Origin: Candidatus Omnitrophota bacterium
GTDB taxonomy: Bacteria; Omnitrophota; Gorgyraeia; Tantalellales; Tantalellaceae
Assembly (NCBI GenBank): GCA_015231405.1
Contig: JADGBR010000001.1
Location: 219,964-283,963, forward strand
DNA length: 64,000 nt
Direction of reading: 5' to 3'
In this document: piece after piece, positions 25,454-35,871 of the stretch
Numbering within the stretch: position 1 is the first letter of the stretch
Layout: every line of letters begins with the position of its first letter
The notes under the pieces: generated by a model
Told to the model about the DNA's origin: nothing
Database searches by the model: none
What the model saw: the letters and a program-made list of their open reading frames with translations, nothing else
Program-made: the position numbers and the translations under genes

Positions 25454-26335
25454 ATGTCAGAATTTAATGTCTATATAGATAAATATATCAGGTACCTTGA
25501 GGCTGAGAGGAACTCGTCGGAGCATACTACCAGGGGGTATTCACGGGACCTCGGTGAGCTTGCCTCTTTCTTGGGCGAAAAAGGCCCGGGTGAAGTTTCT
25601 CATCTGGACATAAGAAAGTTCCTCGCTGAACTTAAGGCCAGGGAGTTGTCAAGGGCGACCGTGGTCAGAAAATTATCCGCGATAAGATCATTCTACCGTT
25701 TTCTTTTCAGGGAAGATATAGTTGTCACCAACCCAGCTGAAGGTGTTTTCACACCAAAATTGGAAAAACGTCTTCCTGAGTTCCTTGACCAGGTTAAGAC
25801 ACTCGAGCTTATCACGGCTCCACGCGGCGAAAAACAGTCGGAGCTCCGGGACAGGGCGGTCCTTGAGACGCTTTACTCCACCGGGATGAGGGTAAGCGAA
25901 CTTGTCGAGCTTTCCAGGGACGCTATAGACATTTTTTCGGGTGTTATTAAGGTCAGAGGCAAAGGGAAGAAAGAGAGGATAACTCTGATAGGCCAAAAGG
26001 CCGAGGAAGCCATTTCGGCTTATCTTTCCGTTCGAAAAGATCAGGGATTAGACACTTCGAGAGCGCTTTTTGTGAATAAGAACGGCACACGCCTTTCAGA
26101 CAGGGGGGTCCGCCGGATCGTGGATAAATACGTTCGCATGGCGAGCATAGATAAAAAATTGTCTCCTCACTCTATAAGGCATTCTTTCGCCACCCATATG
26201 CTTAATAACGGTGCGGATCTTCGAAGCGTTCAGGAGCTTTTGGGGCATAAGAATCTGTCAACAACCCAGATATATACTCATTTAGGCGCGAAAAGGATAA
26301 AGGAGATCTACGATAAAGCCCACCCGAGGGCTTGA
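25454..26335 (+). CDS. xerC: Tyrosine site-specific recombinase XerC/XerD family
   Basis: N-terminal core-binding domain (YLEAERN.S..T...Y.RDL), catalytic R...HxxR...Y residues (LYSTGMRVSEL, HSIRHSFATHML, YTHL); 293 aa. Confidence 0.85.
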   Translation: MSEFNVYIDKYIRYLEAERNSSEHTTRGYSRDLGELASFLGEKGPGEVSHLDIRKFLAELKARELSRATVVRKLSAIRSFYRFLFREDIVVTNPAEGVFTPKLEKRLPEFLDQVKTLELITAPRGEKQSELRDRAVLETLYSTGMRVSELVELSRDAIDIFSGVIKVRGKGKKERITLIGQKAEEAISAYLSVRKDQGLDTSRALFVNKNGTRLSDRGVRRIVDKYVRMASIDKKLSPHSIRHSFATHMLNNGADLRSVQELLGHKNLSTTQIYTHLGAKRIKEIYDKAHPRA

Positions 26336-26349
26336 TACCCCGGATCGAA

Positions 26350-27630
26350 ATGTTCATTATATACGATATATTCTTTGTTTTGTACGGCCTGGCGTACCTT
26401 GTGTATATCTTCATGAGGAAAAAAGCGCACAAAGGGTTCGCCCAGAAATTCGGCGCATTGCCTAGTGAGGTCACTAGCCCAGGGCCAGGGCCGGTCTGGA
26501 TACACGCAGTCAGCGTGGGAGAGGCGAATCTCGCGGTAAAACTTGCCGTAGGTATAAAAAAAAGGATCCCTGGAACGCGGATAGTCATTTCGACCACGAC
26601 CCCGTCAGGGAACATCCTTGCTAAGGAAAGAGGTAAAGGGATAGCCGATGCGGTCTTTTATTACCCGTTCGACCTTTCATTTATTGTGTCATCGGTTGTC
26701 AGAAAGATCCGTCCGATAGTTTACATTGTCGTTGAGACGGAGATATGGCCAAACCTTCTAAGGGCGCTCGCTAACAAAAGAGTACCGGTCGTCCTGGTTA
26801 ATGGCCGTATCTCCGGAAAGTCTTTTCCGGGATATCTTAGAATAAGGCCGCTGATGCGCATTATCCTTAAGAATATCTCTCTGGCATGTATGCAATCAGG
26901 GATGGATGCCCAAAGGATAAAGGCTATCGGGATGAGCCCTGAAAGGGTGTCCGTGACGGGCAGTATAAAATTTGACATATCGGAACCGGATGGGGCCCCG
27001 GAATTCACGAAAGGGGATATGGGGTTTGGAGAACATGATCCCGTTATCGTGGCGGGAAGCACTCATCACCCCGAAGAGAAGTTCCTCGCGGACGCCTTTA
27101 CATCTCTCAGGAAAAAATATGAAGGATTAAGGTTGATAATAGCGCCGAGACATATAGAGCGGGCTAGAACGATAAGCGCCTCTCTCCATAAAGAACGGAT
27201 CTCGAACGCGATGTTCTCAGGTATAATGAAAGACAGAGGCAAAGAGGTGTATGACGCGGTCGTAGTCGATACCATCGGTCACCTGAAGTTCATTTATCGT
27301 TACGCCGACGTCATATTCATAGGTGGAAGCCTTATGCCGCACGGAGGGCAGAACCCGATAGAAGGCGTAGCCGGGGGGAAGCCTGTTATCTTCGGGCCGA
27401 GTATGTACAATTTTAAAGAAATATCCGAGATACTCATTGAAGCAGGGGCGGCGATAAAGGTGAGCGACTCAAATGAGCTTACTAGGGTCATAGACTCCCT
27501 TCTAGCGGACGCGAATAAACGGGCGATCATGGGATCAAAAGGAAAAGAGGTCGTCGAATGCAATATCGGGGCCATGGAGAGAACTGTTGAAGCGGTCAGC
27601 CAGTTCATGCCGACCGGGGCGGAAGCATAG
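26350..27630 (+). CDS. waaA: 3-deoxy-D-manno-octulosonic acid (Kdo) transferase
   Basis: N-terminal TM helix then WIHAVSVGE, GT30 family C-terminal domain (GGSL.P.GGQNP.E). Start at first ATG after the xerC stop; a TTG at 26332 is also possible. Confidence 0.8.
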   Translation: MFIIYDIFFVLYGLAYLVYIFMRKKAHKGFAQKFGALPSEVTSPGPGPVWIHAVSVGEANLAVKLAVGIKKRIPGTRIVISTTTPSGNILAKERGKGIADAVFYYPFDLSFIVSSVVRKIRPIVYIVVETEIWPNLLRALANKRVPVVLVNGRISGKSFPGYLRIRPLMRIILKNISLACMQSGMDAQRIKAIGMSPERVSVTGSIKFDISEPDGAPEFTKGDMGFGEHDPVIVAGSTHHPEEKFLADAFTSLRKKYEGLRLIIAPRHIERARTISASLHKERISNAMFSGIMKDRGKEVYDAVVVDTIGHLKFIYRYADVIFIGGSLMPHGGQNPIEGVAGGKPVIFGPSMYNFKEISEILIEAGAAIKVSDSNELTRVIDSLLADANKRAIMGSKGKEVVECNIGAMERTVEAVSQFMPTGAEA

Positions 27631-28677
27631 ATGGATATGGATAAAATAAAAAAATATATACTTTCGGTCATGAAGGATGAACTTAAGGGCTCTGGCCCGT
27701 TTATTCTTGCGAAATTTCTCTCCTTTCTTTCTTTTTTTTACGCAGCCGTTATCTTTCAGGTCAGTATGGCTTACCGTACCGGTCTTTGGAGGTCCCGGCG
27801 CGTAGGTATCCCGGTAATAAGCGTGGGGAACATCACTCTCGGTGGGGCCGGGAAAACGCCGTTCACGATAACGCTCGCGGAACATTTTATATCGGCGAAT
27901 AAACAGCCTGGAATACTGATTAGGGGATATGGTGACGATGAACACAAAATGATCGCATGGCGTGTGCCGAAAGCAAAGGTCATTGTCGGCAGGGACAGGG
28001 TTTCGAACGCTATCGAAGCAAAAAAGGCCGGGGTGGATGTGCTTATAATGGACGACGGGTTCCAGCACAGGAAGCTCGCGAGAGACATGGACATTGTTTT
28101 ACTTAACGCCAGAGATCCGTTCGGCAACGGACGCCTTTTTCCGAGGGGGATATTGAGGGAAGGTAAAGAATCATTAAAAAGGGCCGATATAGTAATCCTG
28201 AACAAACTTGACGGGGTCCGAACGGAAGACGTTGAAAAAATACTCCTTGAGGTCAGGACTATCTCCAGAAGCGCTAAGATCTTTAAAGCGGAATATTCCC
28301 CTGATTCCATGAGCGACTTCTTTGGGAACAAACATCCGCTTCAGTCTATGCGTGGGAAAAAAGCGGTCATCGTGAGCGGAATAGCGGACCCCTTGTATTT
28401 TTCGGATATGCTCGGAGCATTGGGACTGGACATACTAGGGAAGTGGACGTTCCTTGACCATCATGATTATATATCGCGAGATATAACCCTCATCACCCGC
28501 GACGCCGCGGAGCGAGGGGCCGACCATATCATAACTACGGAGAAGGATTACGCTAAGCTGAAAGATATGGATAACAGGGAATTCCGCCTGAGACTTCTGG
28601 TATTGAATATCAGGATGTCGATAACGGCGGAAAGCGAGGTATTCTTTAATGGACTTGATAGCGTCGTTAGCGGCTAG
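27631..28677 (+). CDS. lpxK: Tetraacyldisaccharide 4'-kinase
   Basis: P-loop VISVGNITLGGAGKTP, DDGFQH motif; 348 aa. Confidence 0.85.
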   Translation: MDMDKIKKYILSVMKDELKGSGPFILAKFLSFLSFFYAAVIFQVSMAYRTGLWRSRRVGIPVISVGNITLGGAGKTPFTITLAEHFISANKQPGILIRGYGDDEHKMIAWRVPKAKVIVGRDRVSNAIEAKKAGVDVLIMDDGFQHRKLARDMDIVLLNARDPFGNGRLFPRGILREGKESLKRADIVILNKLDGVRTEDVEKILLEVRTISRSAKIFKAEYSPDSMSDFFGNKHPLQSMRGKKAVIVSGIADPLYFSDMLGALGLDILGKWTFLDHHDYISRDITLITRDAAERGADHIITTEKDYAKLKDMDNREFRLRLLVLNIRMSITAESEVFFNGLDSVVSG

Positions 28678-30601
28678 ATTATTCTGCCGCATATTCCAAT
28701 TCACACCCATGGGTTTCAACCTGATGGTAGGCAGGGCTCTTGGCTCTCTAGCGTATCTCGCCGGCGGCAGGAGAACTAAGATAACATATTCCAATCTTAA
28801 AGCCGCGTTCGCGTCCGAAAAAACTCCCGCCGAATTAAGGCGTATAACCGTTTCCGTTTACCGTAACATCGCGATGACCATAGCTGAGATCATGTCTCTC
28901 AGGAAAGTCGATAAGGCGTACATTGACAAATATGTCAAAGTTGAGAATATCGAGAGGATCGAGGAAGCTTCCAGGAATCCGGGAGGGATGATACTGATAT
29001 CCGCCCATTTTGGAAATTGGGAGCTCAGCTGTGTCGCCAGTGCTATGATGGGGTTCCCTCTCAATCTTCTGGCAAGAGACCAGAAGATGTCCAGGGTCAA
29101 CGATCTTTTTATCGCTCTCAGGGAATCTAAAGGGAATAAGGTTATGCGTAAGGGGATGGATGTAAAGAACCTTCTTAAAGTGCTCAAAGACGGTAAAAGT
29201 ATCGGTCTTTTAGCGGATCAGAACGCCGGGCGGTCGGGGGAACTTATCAAATTGTTCGGGCGTCCCGCGTCGACGGCCCAGGGCCCATACAGGTTCGCGA
29301 AACAGACAGGAGCCCTCATTTTGCCGGCTTTCATTCACAGGATCGATAATAGCCCCTATCAGGTAGTGGAGCTCGAGGAGCCTTTCAGCATTGACAAAAA
29401 AGAAGATATTGTTCCGTATATGGAAAGATACAACCGTCTCCTGGAGAAACACATTAAAAGGGATCCCGACCACTGGTTCTGGGTGCACAAAAAATGGAAA
29501 ATAACACCTTTGAAAAAAGTATTGGTGCTCGATGACGGTAAGAAGGGGCATTTGAAACAGTCGCTGGCCCTGGCGGATCTCATAGTTAAATACCGGATCA
29601 GTAAGGGTTTTTCCCCGCTCGATCTCACGATAGATACGGTAACTGTAGAGTTTAAAAGCAACTGGACAAGGTTTATGACGAAGATACTGGCGCCTTTCAT
29701 GACCAGTTTTCTTATGATACATCTTGGGATACTCAAAAGAGTTCTTAAGGAAAAGACGTACAACGAACTCGTCCACGGATACTGGGATGTGATAGTCAGC
29801 GCCGGGTCGAGCCTTTACGGCGTCAACCTGGCCATGAAAACCGAGAACATGGCCCGTTCCGTGGCGGTTTTCGATCCGGGCGTTCTTGTGAGAGATAAGT
29901 TCGACCTTGCCGTTATCCCGCGGCATGACGCCGAAAAAAAGGATCATAGCCGTAATGAGAATGTCGTTATAACTGAGCTGCTCCTTGTTAAAAAGGATCA
30001 TTACGGGCAGCCGGATCCCCCACCCGCGGCCGTGGCAGTAAATGACGGGTCTCCGAGGAAAGGTGTTATGGCCATTGGGCTCCTGGTTGGGGGAGAGAAC
30101 GAAGAATTTTCTTTTGACGGGTCCTTAGCGGAGGAACTACTTGCGGGGATGATAGAAACCTGCAGAGATAGCGGTTCAATTTTCCACGTTACTACATCCA
30201 GAAGGACTCCGGCAAAAGTAGCCGAGATCCTACTGCGGGGTTTCTCAAGAGGTCAATATCTGGGTTCTTTCGTCAACGGCAATAATGACATATCCGCTGT
30301 GACAGTCGAAAAGATCCTGGGTTCGTCCGATATAGTCGTTGTTTCCGGAGAGAGCATATCTATGGTATCAGAGGCCGTATCCTCCGGGAAGCCCGTGCTT
30401 GTTTTTATGCCTCCCAAAAAAAAGAAAGCAGTTTCAAAATATGAAAAGTTCGTCTCCAGGCTCGAGAAAGACGGTGTGATCAGCGTTATCCGTCCGCGTG
30501 AACTTAACGACGCGCTTCACGCTCGCATGGCTTCCGGTGTAGGAGGGTTTCAGTCCGACGATGACAGGAAAGTAATGGAACGAATGTACAGGCTGTTTTA
30601 A
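28649..30601 (+). CDS. Lipid A secondary acyltransferase (LpxL/HtrB family) fused to a C-terminal ELM1/DUF1022-like putative glycosyltransferase-fold domain
   Basis: Residues 1-290: HFGNWE, ADQ.., DHWFWVHKKWK signature of LpxL/LpxM acyltransferases. Residues ~295-650: VLVLDDGKKGHLKQSLALADLI.., resembling the DGKxGxxxQxLGLAEAL start of bacterial ELM1-like (mitochondrial fission ELM1 family) proteins. One continuous ORF. Confidence 0.65.
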   Translation: MDLIASLAARLFCRIFQFTPMGFNLMVGRALGSLAYLAGGRRTKITYSNLKAAFASEKTPAELRRITVSVYRNIAMTIAEIMSLRKVDKAYIDKYVKVENIERIEEASRNPGGMILISAHFGNWELSCVASAMMGFPLNLLARDQKMSRVNDLFIALRESKGNKVMRKGMDVKNLLKVLKDGKSIGLLADQNAGRSGELIKLFGRPASTAQGPYRFAKQTGALILPAFIHRIDNSPYQVVELEEPFSIDKKEDIVPYMERYNRLLEKHIKRDPDHWFWVHKKWKITPLKKVLVLDDGKKGHLKQSLALADLIVKYRISKGFSPLDLTIDTVTVEFKSNWTRFMTKILAPFMTSFLMIHLGILKRVLKEKTYNELVHGYWDVIVSAGSSLYGVNLAMKTENMARSVAVFDPGVLVRDKFDLAVIPRHDAEKKDHSRNENVVITELLLVKKDHYGQPDPPPAAVAVNDGSPRKGVMAIGLLVGGENEEFSFDGSLAEELLAGMIETCRDSGSIFHVTTSRRTPAKVAEILLRGFSRGQYLGSFVNGNNDISAVTVEKILGSSDIVVVSGESISMVSEAVSSGKPVLVFMPPKKKKAVSKYEKFVSRLEKDGVISVIRPRELNDALHARMASGVGGFQSDDDRKVMERMYRLF

Positions 30602-30624
30602 TGTGCGTAACGGAGCGATAGATC

Positions 30625-32712
30625 ATGAACGTATTACAGCTGGTCCCGAAACTTAATGTCGGTGGTGTTGAGGTAGGCACGGTCGATGTGGCCCGCGCTC
30701 TTACCCTTTTAGGGAACAAGTCGGTCGTAGCTTCCGCGGGAGGCGCTCTGGAAAGGGACCTTGTAGCCACAGGTTCCAAACATTATAATCTTGCCGTCGG
30801 GAAAAAGAACCCTGTCACTATGTTCTTTGTTTACAGAGAACTAAGGAAAATAATCAGCAGGGAAAATATAGACATAGTTCATGCCAGGAGCAGGATCCCG
30901 GCACTTATCGGCTATTTCGCCGCGCGCCACGAGGGAAAGACCTTCATAACAACCGCTCACGGTCAATATCGGAAACATTTTATCAGCAGCATAATGGGAT
31001 GGGGCAAGATAGTTATTGTCGCCAATGAGACCATGTCCGAATATATGAACGAAAAATTCGGCGTTAAGAAAGAAAAGATGGTAATTATACCCAGGGGGGT
31101 CGATCTCGAGAAGTTCCAGTTCAGGGGGAAAAAGATCAAGAAGGATAACGTGATCCGCGTGGGCATGATATCGCGCATAACTCCGTTGAAAGGTCATCTG
31201 GATTTTATCGAAGCTATATCGCTTGTAACCCGGAAATACCCTTGTGTGGAAGGTATCATAATGGGGGATATGTCCTCAGCTAAACCCGACTACATAACAA
31301 AGATAAAACTTTCTATCGCACGGCTTTCGCTTGAACGGGTAATTAAGTTCAAGGATTCAAGGGAAAAGGTACCGGACGTCCTCAAAGAACTCGATGTTTT
31401 CGTTTCAGCCAACCGTAAGCAGGAGGCGTTCGGGCGTTCGGTGATAGAAGCCCAGGCTGTAGGGGTCCCGGTTGTGGCGACAAGGGTCGGGGGAGTCATA
31501 GAAAGCGTTAAAGACGGTGAAACAGGTTTGATCGCGGAACCATCCGATCCGGTGGATCTTGCGGAAAAGATAATACGAGTGATAAGTTCTCCCGAAACGG
31601 CTCTGTCCATGGTCAAGAACGCAAGGGCTAATGTCGAGAAAGAATACTCTCTTGAACGTATGCTTAACCTGACCATAAGCGCCTATAAGAACGTCCTTAA
31701 AATGAAAAAGATCCTTGTGATGAAAATAAGCTCACTGGGAGATATAGTGCTTTCAGTCCCTTCCCTCAGGGCATTGAGGTGTAAGTATCCTTTATCGGTG
31801 ATAAAGGTACTCGTTGACATCAGGTTCAGGGAAGCGCTGAAAGGAATACCCTACGTTGACGAGATCATTACATGCGACCTTAACGGCAGGGACAGCGGCC
31901 GGTCTTTTATAAAGTTCGGTGAACGGCTCCGCGACGAGAATTTTGACTTATCGGTCGATCTTCAGAACAGCAAGAAGAGCCATATGCTCGCGTTCCTGGC
32001 TTTTATTCCCGAAAGGTATGGATATGATAACGGTAAATTGAGCTTTCTCATTAATAGACGCACCAAAATGCCCCAGAGGCCAATGGACCCGCTGGATCAC
32101 CAGCTTAACCTTCTTCATCTTCTCGGTGTTACGCTTATGGAGAAGCGGCTGGAGCTGGTGAGCGACCCTCTTTCAGATGAATGGGTAGATGAGTTCCTCG
32201 CCGCTAACTGGGTGAAAGATGGCCAGCCGATCGTCGGGATCAGCCTGTCGGCAAGCGAAAAATGGCCCAGCAAGAACTGGGGGCTTGAAAATTTCATACG
32301 TTTAAGCGAGCTTCTTGCCCGTGTCAACGGAATAAGAGTGGTCCTCCTGGGGGCTGAAAGCGACGCTCCGGCGGCCGATATATTCGTTAACTCTACCGAT
32401 TCAAAGCCAGTGAATGCGGTTGGCAAGACGACCATAGGGCAGCTGGCCAGCCTCATAAAGCGATCGAGCGTTATAGTCACCGGCGATTCGGCTCCTATGC
32501 ATATGGCGGCTGCATTTAATATCCCTTTCGTGGCGATCTTTGGGCCCACTGATCCCAAAAGGCATTTGCCTCCGGCCGAACATTATAAACTTATACATAA
32601 AAGATTTCCCTGCTCTTCCTGTTACAAGGGAAAATGCCCCAAGGACATGAGGTGTATGAACATGATAAAACCTCAGGAGATCTTTGAGGCCGTAACGGAA
32701 TTAATGGCATGA
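30625..32712 (+). CDS. Bifunctional glycosyltransferase: N-terminal GT4 (group 1) domain fused to C-terminal GT9 (heptosyltransferase-like) domain
   Basis: Residues 1-350: GT-B GT4 signature EAFGRSVIEAQAVGVPVVATRVGG..E....GETG. Residues 355-695: KILVMKISSLGDIVLSVPSLRAL, VVTGDSAPMHMAAAFNIPFVAIFGPTDP (GT9 DS.P.H.A.A). Continuous 695-aa ORF. Confidence 0.75.
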   Translation: MNVLQLVPKLNVGGVEVGTVDVARALTLLGNKSVVASAGGALERDLVATGSKHYNLAVGKKNPVTMFFVYRELRKIISRENIDIVHARSRIPALIGYFAARHEGKTFITTAHGQYRKHFISSIMGWGKIVIVANETMSEYMNEKFGVKKEKMVIIPRGVDLEKFQFRGKKIKKDNVIRVGMISRITPLKGHLDFIEAISLVTRKYPCVEGIIMGDMSSAKPDYITKIKLSIARLSLERVIKFKDSREKVPDVLKELDVFVSANRKQEAFGRSVIEAQAVGVPVVATRVGGVIESVKDGETGLIAEPSDPVDLAEKIIRVISSPETALSMVKNARANVEKEYSLERMLNLTISAYKNVLKMKKILVMKISSLGDIVLSVPSLRALRCKYPLSVIKVLVDIRFREALKGIPYVDEIITCDLNGRDSGRSFIKFGERLRDENFDLSVDLQNSKKSHMLAFLAFIPERYGYDNGKLSFLINRRTKMPQRPMDPLDHQLNLLHLLGVTLMEKRLELVSDPLSDEWVDEFLAANWVKDGQPIVGISLSASEKWPSKNWGLENFIRLSELLARVNGIRVVLLGAESDAPAADIFVNSTDSKPVNAVGKTTIGQLASLIKRSSVIVTGDSAPMHMAAAFNIPFVAIFGPTDPKRHLPPAEHYKLIHKRFPCSSCYKGKCPKDMRCMNMIKPQEIFEAVTELMA

Positions 32713-33821
32713 AAGTCCTCATTTTCGCCAAGCACATGAACATCGGGGGTATTGGAATGTATTCCCTGAACCTGGCCAGAGAGCTGGGTAAGAACGGCCT
32801 CACCGTTGAGATAGCCTCGAGCGGTGGAGGGCTAGAGAAAGATATAAGGGATTCAGGGATAACTCACCATAGTTTAGATATCAACTCAAAGAACGAGTTC
32901 GGTATTATGATGTTGAGGTCTCTGGCTCCTTTCCGAAAACTATGCGTTGAAAGGGGCTTCGATATCGTTCACTCCCAGGACAGGATGACGCAGATCATCG
33001 CTGACTTATCCGGCCGCCTGACCGGCATACCGTATGTCACCACTTGCCACGGCTTCTTCAAGGCCAGAAGGCTCTCGAGGAGGATTTTCCCGGCCTGGGG
33101 CAGGAAAGTCATAGCGATAAGCCGGAACGTCGAGAAACATCTTATTTTAGATTTTAAGGTAGATCCGGGGAAAGTCCGGCAGGTGTATAACGGGATCGAT
33201 ACAGCCAGATTCTCACCCGATAAAAAGGTGAAAGATGACGAAGTTATCTCGATGACGGGCCTCTCCCGGGGAAAGAAGGTCATCGGCAATGTAGGAAGAT
33301 TTTCCGCTGTCAAAGGGCAGCGATACTTGATCGAGGCATTTGCTGAACTTATCGGTAAAGGATATGACTGTCAGCTTTTCTGCCTGGGAGATAACGGCGG
33401 TGAAAGAGAAAAGCTGGAAGAATTGGCCGGACAGCTAGGCGTTAAGGATAATATGGTCTTGTTGTCCGAAAGCGTATTCCCGCTCGAAAAATATCTGGCG
33501 ATCATGGACGTTTTCTGCCTGCCGTCCGTCCAGGAAGGCTTGGGGCTGGCTCTTTTAGAGGCTATGTCGATGGGGCTTCCGGCCGTAGCTTCTAATGTCG
33601 GGGGTATACCTGAGATAATTGATGACGGCGAGACGGGTCTTCTCGTCAGACCCGCCGACCCGGTTGATCTCGCTAACGCTGTCTCGAGATATCTTGACGA
33701 CGGGGCGCTGCTTCAGAGAGTGTGCCGTAACGCTCCCGGAAAAGTATCCCGGGATTTCTCTTTTGACAAGTTCGCTAAGGGGATCCTCAAAGTTTACGAA
33801 GAAGTATTGGCGGGAGTTTGA
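32709..33821 (+). CDS. Glycosyltransferase family 4 (group 1)
   Basis: GT4 C-terminal motif EGLGLALLEAMSMGLPAVASNVGGIPEII.DGETGLLV; ATGA overlap with the previous stop. Confidence 0.8.
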   Translation: MKVLIFAKHMNIGGIGMYSLNLARELGKNGLTVEIASSGGGLEKDIRDSGITHHSLDINSKNEFGIMMLRSLAPFRKLCVERGFDIVHSQDRMTQIIADLSGRLTGIPYVTTCHGFFKARRLSRRIFPAWGRKVIAISRNVEKHLILDFKVDPGKVRQVYNGIDTARFSPDKKVKDDEVISMTGLSRGKKVIGNVGRFSAVKGQRYLIEAFAELIGKGYDCQLFCLGDNGGEREKLEELAGQLGVKDNMVLLSESVFPLEKYLAIMDVFCLPSVQEGLGLALLEAMSMGLPAVASNVGGIPEIIDDGETGLLVRPADPVDLANAVSRYLDDGALLQRVCRNAPGKVSRDFSFDKFAKGILKVYEEVLAGV

Positions 33822-33824
33822 AAC

Positions 33825-34859
33825 ATGCCACCTCAATTAAAAAATCAAAGATTCCTTATTTTCGAGCTTAACTGGCTTGGCGACATAATTTTTTCGCTGC
33901 CGCTGATCGAGGCGCTTAAAAAAGGGTGCGTCGGCGCCAGAGTGACGTGCATAGTGGTGCCACGGTACAAAAAGATCCTTGAGAAATGCGTTCTGGTGGA
34001 CGGGATCATCGAGCTTAGCGACCGCCGCGGTATGGGTTCACTGTGGGAAAAGCTCTTAACGGTCTTAAAGATATCCGGAAAGTTCGATGTATGTTTTCTG
34101 CTGAAACCCTCGAAAAGCAAGTCTTTAATGGCCCTGGCGGCGGGTATACCGCGGAGGGTCGGATTCACCGGAAAAAAATATTCGTTAACGGATACTGTCG
34201 AAATGGACTTGACAGCCATACACCGTGTGGACAGTCTTGTGTCTCTGGCTTTTGTCATGGGAATTGGGCCGGGCGACAACAGGTACTCTCTCAAGATATC
34301 AAATGCGGATCTATGCCTTGCCCTTGATCTCCTGGAGACTATATCACCCGGTCTTCAGTCGTATGTGGCAATTCATCCCGGAGGGAACTGGGGGGCTAAA
34401 AGATGGGATAAGGAAAACTTCGTGTTCCTTATAAAACGTATCCTGGAAAAGTACAGCGATATAAAGGTATTCATAACGGGAGCACCTGATGACTCGCCAC
34501 TCGCCGAATTAATTAGGGGCGGCGTTAATGACCCGAGGTGTTATAACATCGCGGGAAAGACAGGGCTTGATACCCTGGTTTCGTTGTTTAAGTTGTCGAA
34601 AGCCGTTATAAGCGCCGATTCAGGGCCTCTTCATCTTGCCTCGGCCGCCGGAGCCGATACGGTCTCTCTTTTCGGCCCTACGTCGCCTCTGGTCACGGGA
34701 CCTAGGGGGAAAGGACGTAACATAGTCATCTCTCATGATGTCGACTGCGAGATCCCGTGCTATGAGACAATATGCCCGAAAAATTTCGGATGTATGAGAG
34801 CTATTCAGGTCGAAGAGGTTTTTGGTGCGGTCGTGGAGATCATCGGTGAACGAAGCTAA
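33825..34859 (+). CDS. Glycosyltransferase family 9 (LPS heptosyltransferase-like)
   Basis: ELNWLGDIIFSLPLIEAL, ISADSGPLHLASAAGADTVSLFGPTSP. Confidence 0.8.
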   Translation: MPPQLKNQRFLIFELNWLGDIIFSLPLIEALKKGCVGARVTCIVVPRYKKILEKCVLVDGIIELSDRRGMGSLWEKLLTVLKISGKFDVCFLLKPSKSKSLMALAAGIPRRVGFTGKKYSLTDTVEMDLTAIHRVDSLVSLAFVMGIGPGDNRYSLKISNADLCLALDLLETISPGLQSYVAIHPGGNWGAKRWDKENFVFLIKRILEKYSDIKVFITGAPDDSPLAELIRGGVNDPRCYNIAGKTGLDTLVSLFKLSKAVISADSGPLHLASAAGADTVSLFGPTSPLVTGPRGKGRNIVISHDVDCEIPCYETICPKNFGCMRAIQVEEVFGAVVEIIGERS

Positions 34860-34869
34860 GGGTTTAAAT

Positions 34870-35871
34870 ATGTCAAATAACGTAAGATCGATCCTATTCA
34901 TCTCGCTGAGTAATCTCGGGGATATCATCCTGACCACTCCGGTCCTGGTGTCTCTTTCTTGTAATTATCCCGAAGCCGCGATAGATGTCATTGCAGGCCC
35001 GTCCGGGAAAGAGATCTTCGAGGGGCACCCGCGGGTGAGAAGTGTCTGGATCCGCACCAAAAGGCCATCATTATCTGAAAGGATCAGGGAAGTAATATTT
35101 CTCAGCGGTAAAAAATATGACCTGGTCGTAGATCTGAAAAATACCATGTTGCCGTTATTGCTGAGGGCCGCTCAGGGCAATTATATCCGGTCAATGTGGT
35201 CGGCTGCTTCCAGAAAGAACAACAGGTCGATCCATAAATCAATGGAACACCTTATGAAATTGGAGGATTTTTTACCATCGCGAGCCGAAACAATATCCTT
35301 TTATCTGCCCATAGACCCGATAAATGAACTGAAGGCCGAGAGTTTGCTTAAAGGGGCTCCGGGGCCCAAAAGGGTCATCGCATTCCCCGGGTCTAAAAGT
35401 CACCTGAAAAGATGGCCGGCATCAAAATATTCGAGAGTTCTGGACCATCTTGCCGCGAAATATGAGGCCAGCTTGATCCTGGCGGGGGATATTTCGGACA
35501 AGGCTGTTAACGATGAGCTCAGATCAAATATGGATCATGAAGTCCTGGATATTTCCGGGAAGACCGATATTTCTCTCCTTACGTCATTGGTTAAAAGGAT
35601 GGACCTTATGATAACCAATGACAGCGCTCCGCTGCATATGGGGAGCGCTCTTGATATACCGGTACTGGCTATCTTCGGCCCTTCCGATGAAAAAAAATAC
35701 GGTCCGCTGTCGGCGAGACATGTCACGATATCACCCGATAAAGATTGCCGGCCCTGTAACTCAGCGTTGTGCGCTTTGGGTCTTGAGCTGGGATGTATAA
35801 ACGATATATCGGTCGAGAAAGTCATCGAAGCCGCAGAGTCGTTGCTCAGCCGGGAGAGGGACAGTGCGTAA
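34870..35871 (+). CDS. Glycosyltransferase family 9 (LPS heptosyltransferase-like)
   Basis: ISLSNLGDIILTTPVL, ITNDSAPLHMGSALDIPVLAIFGPSD. ATG 34870 chosen (MSNNVRS) rather than the upstream 34822 start that overlaps the preceding gene. Confidence 0.75.
   Translation: MSNNVRSILFISLSNLGDIILTTPVLVSLSCNYPEAAIDVIAGPSGKEIFEGHPRVRSVWIRTKRPSLSERIREVIFLSGKKYDLVVDLKNTMLPLLLRAAQGNYIRSMWSAASRKNNRSIHKSMEHLMKLEDFLPSRAETISFYLPIDPINELKAESLLKGAPGPKRVIAFPGSKSHLKRWPASKYSRVLDHLAAKYEASLILAGDISDKAVNDELRSNMDHEVLDISGKTDISLLTSLVKRMDLMITNDSAPLHMGSALDIPVLAIFGPSDEKKYGPLSARHVTISPDKDCRPCNSALCALGLELGCINDISVEKVIEAAESLLSRERDSA

Noticed and set aside
29210-30001. 263-aa minus-strand ORF inside the LpxL::ELM1-like gene
   Set aside because: No recognisable domain, no RBS, lies antisense to a conserved acyltransferase region; treated as a spurious long ORF.
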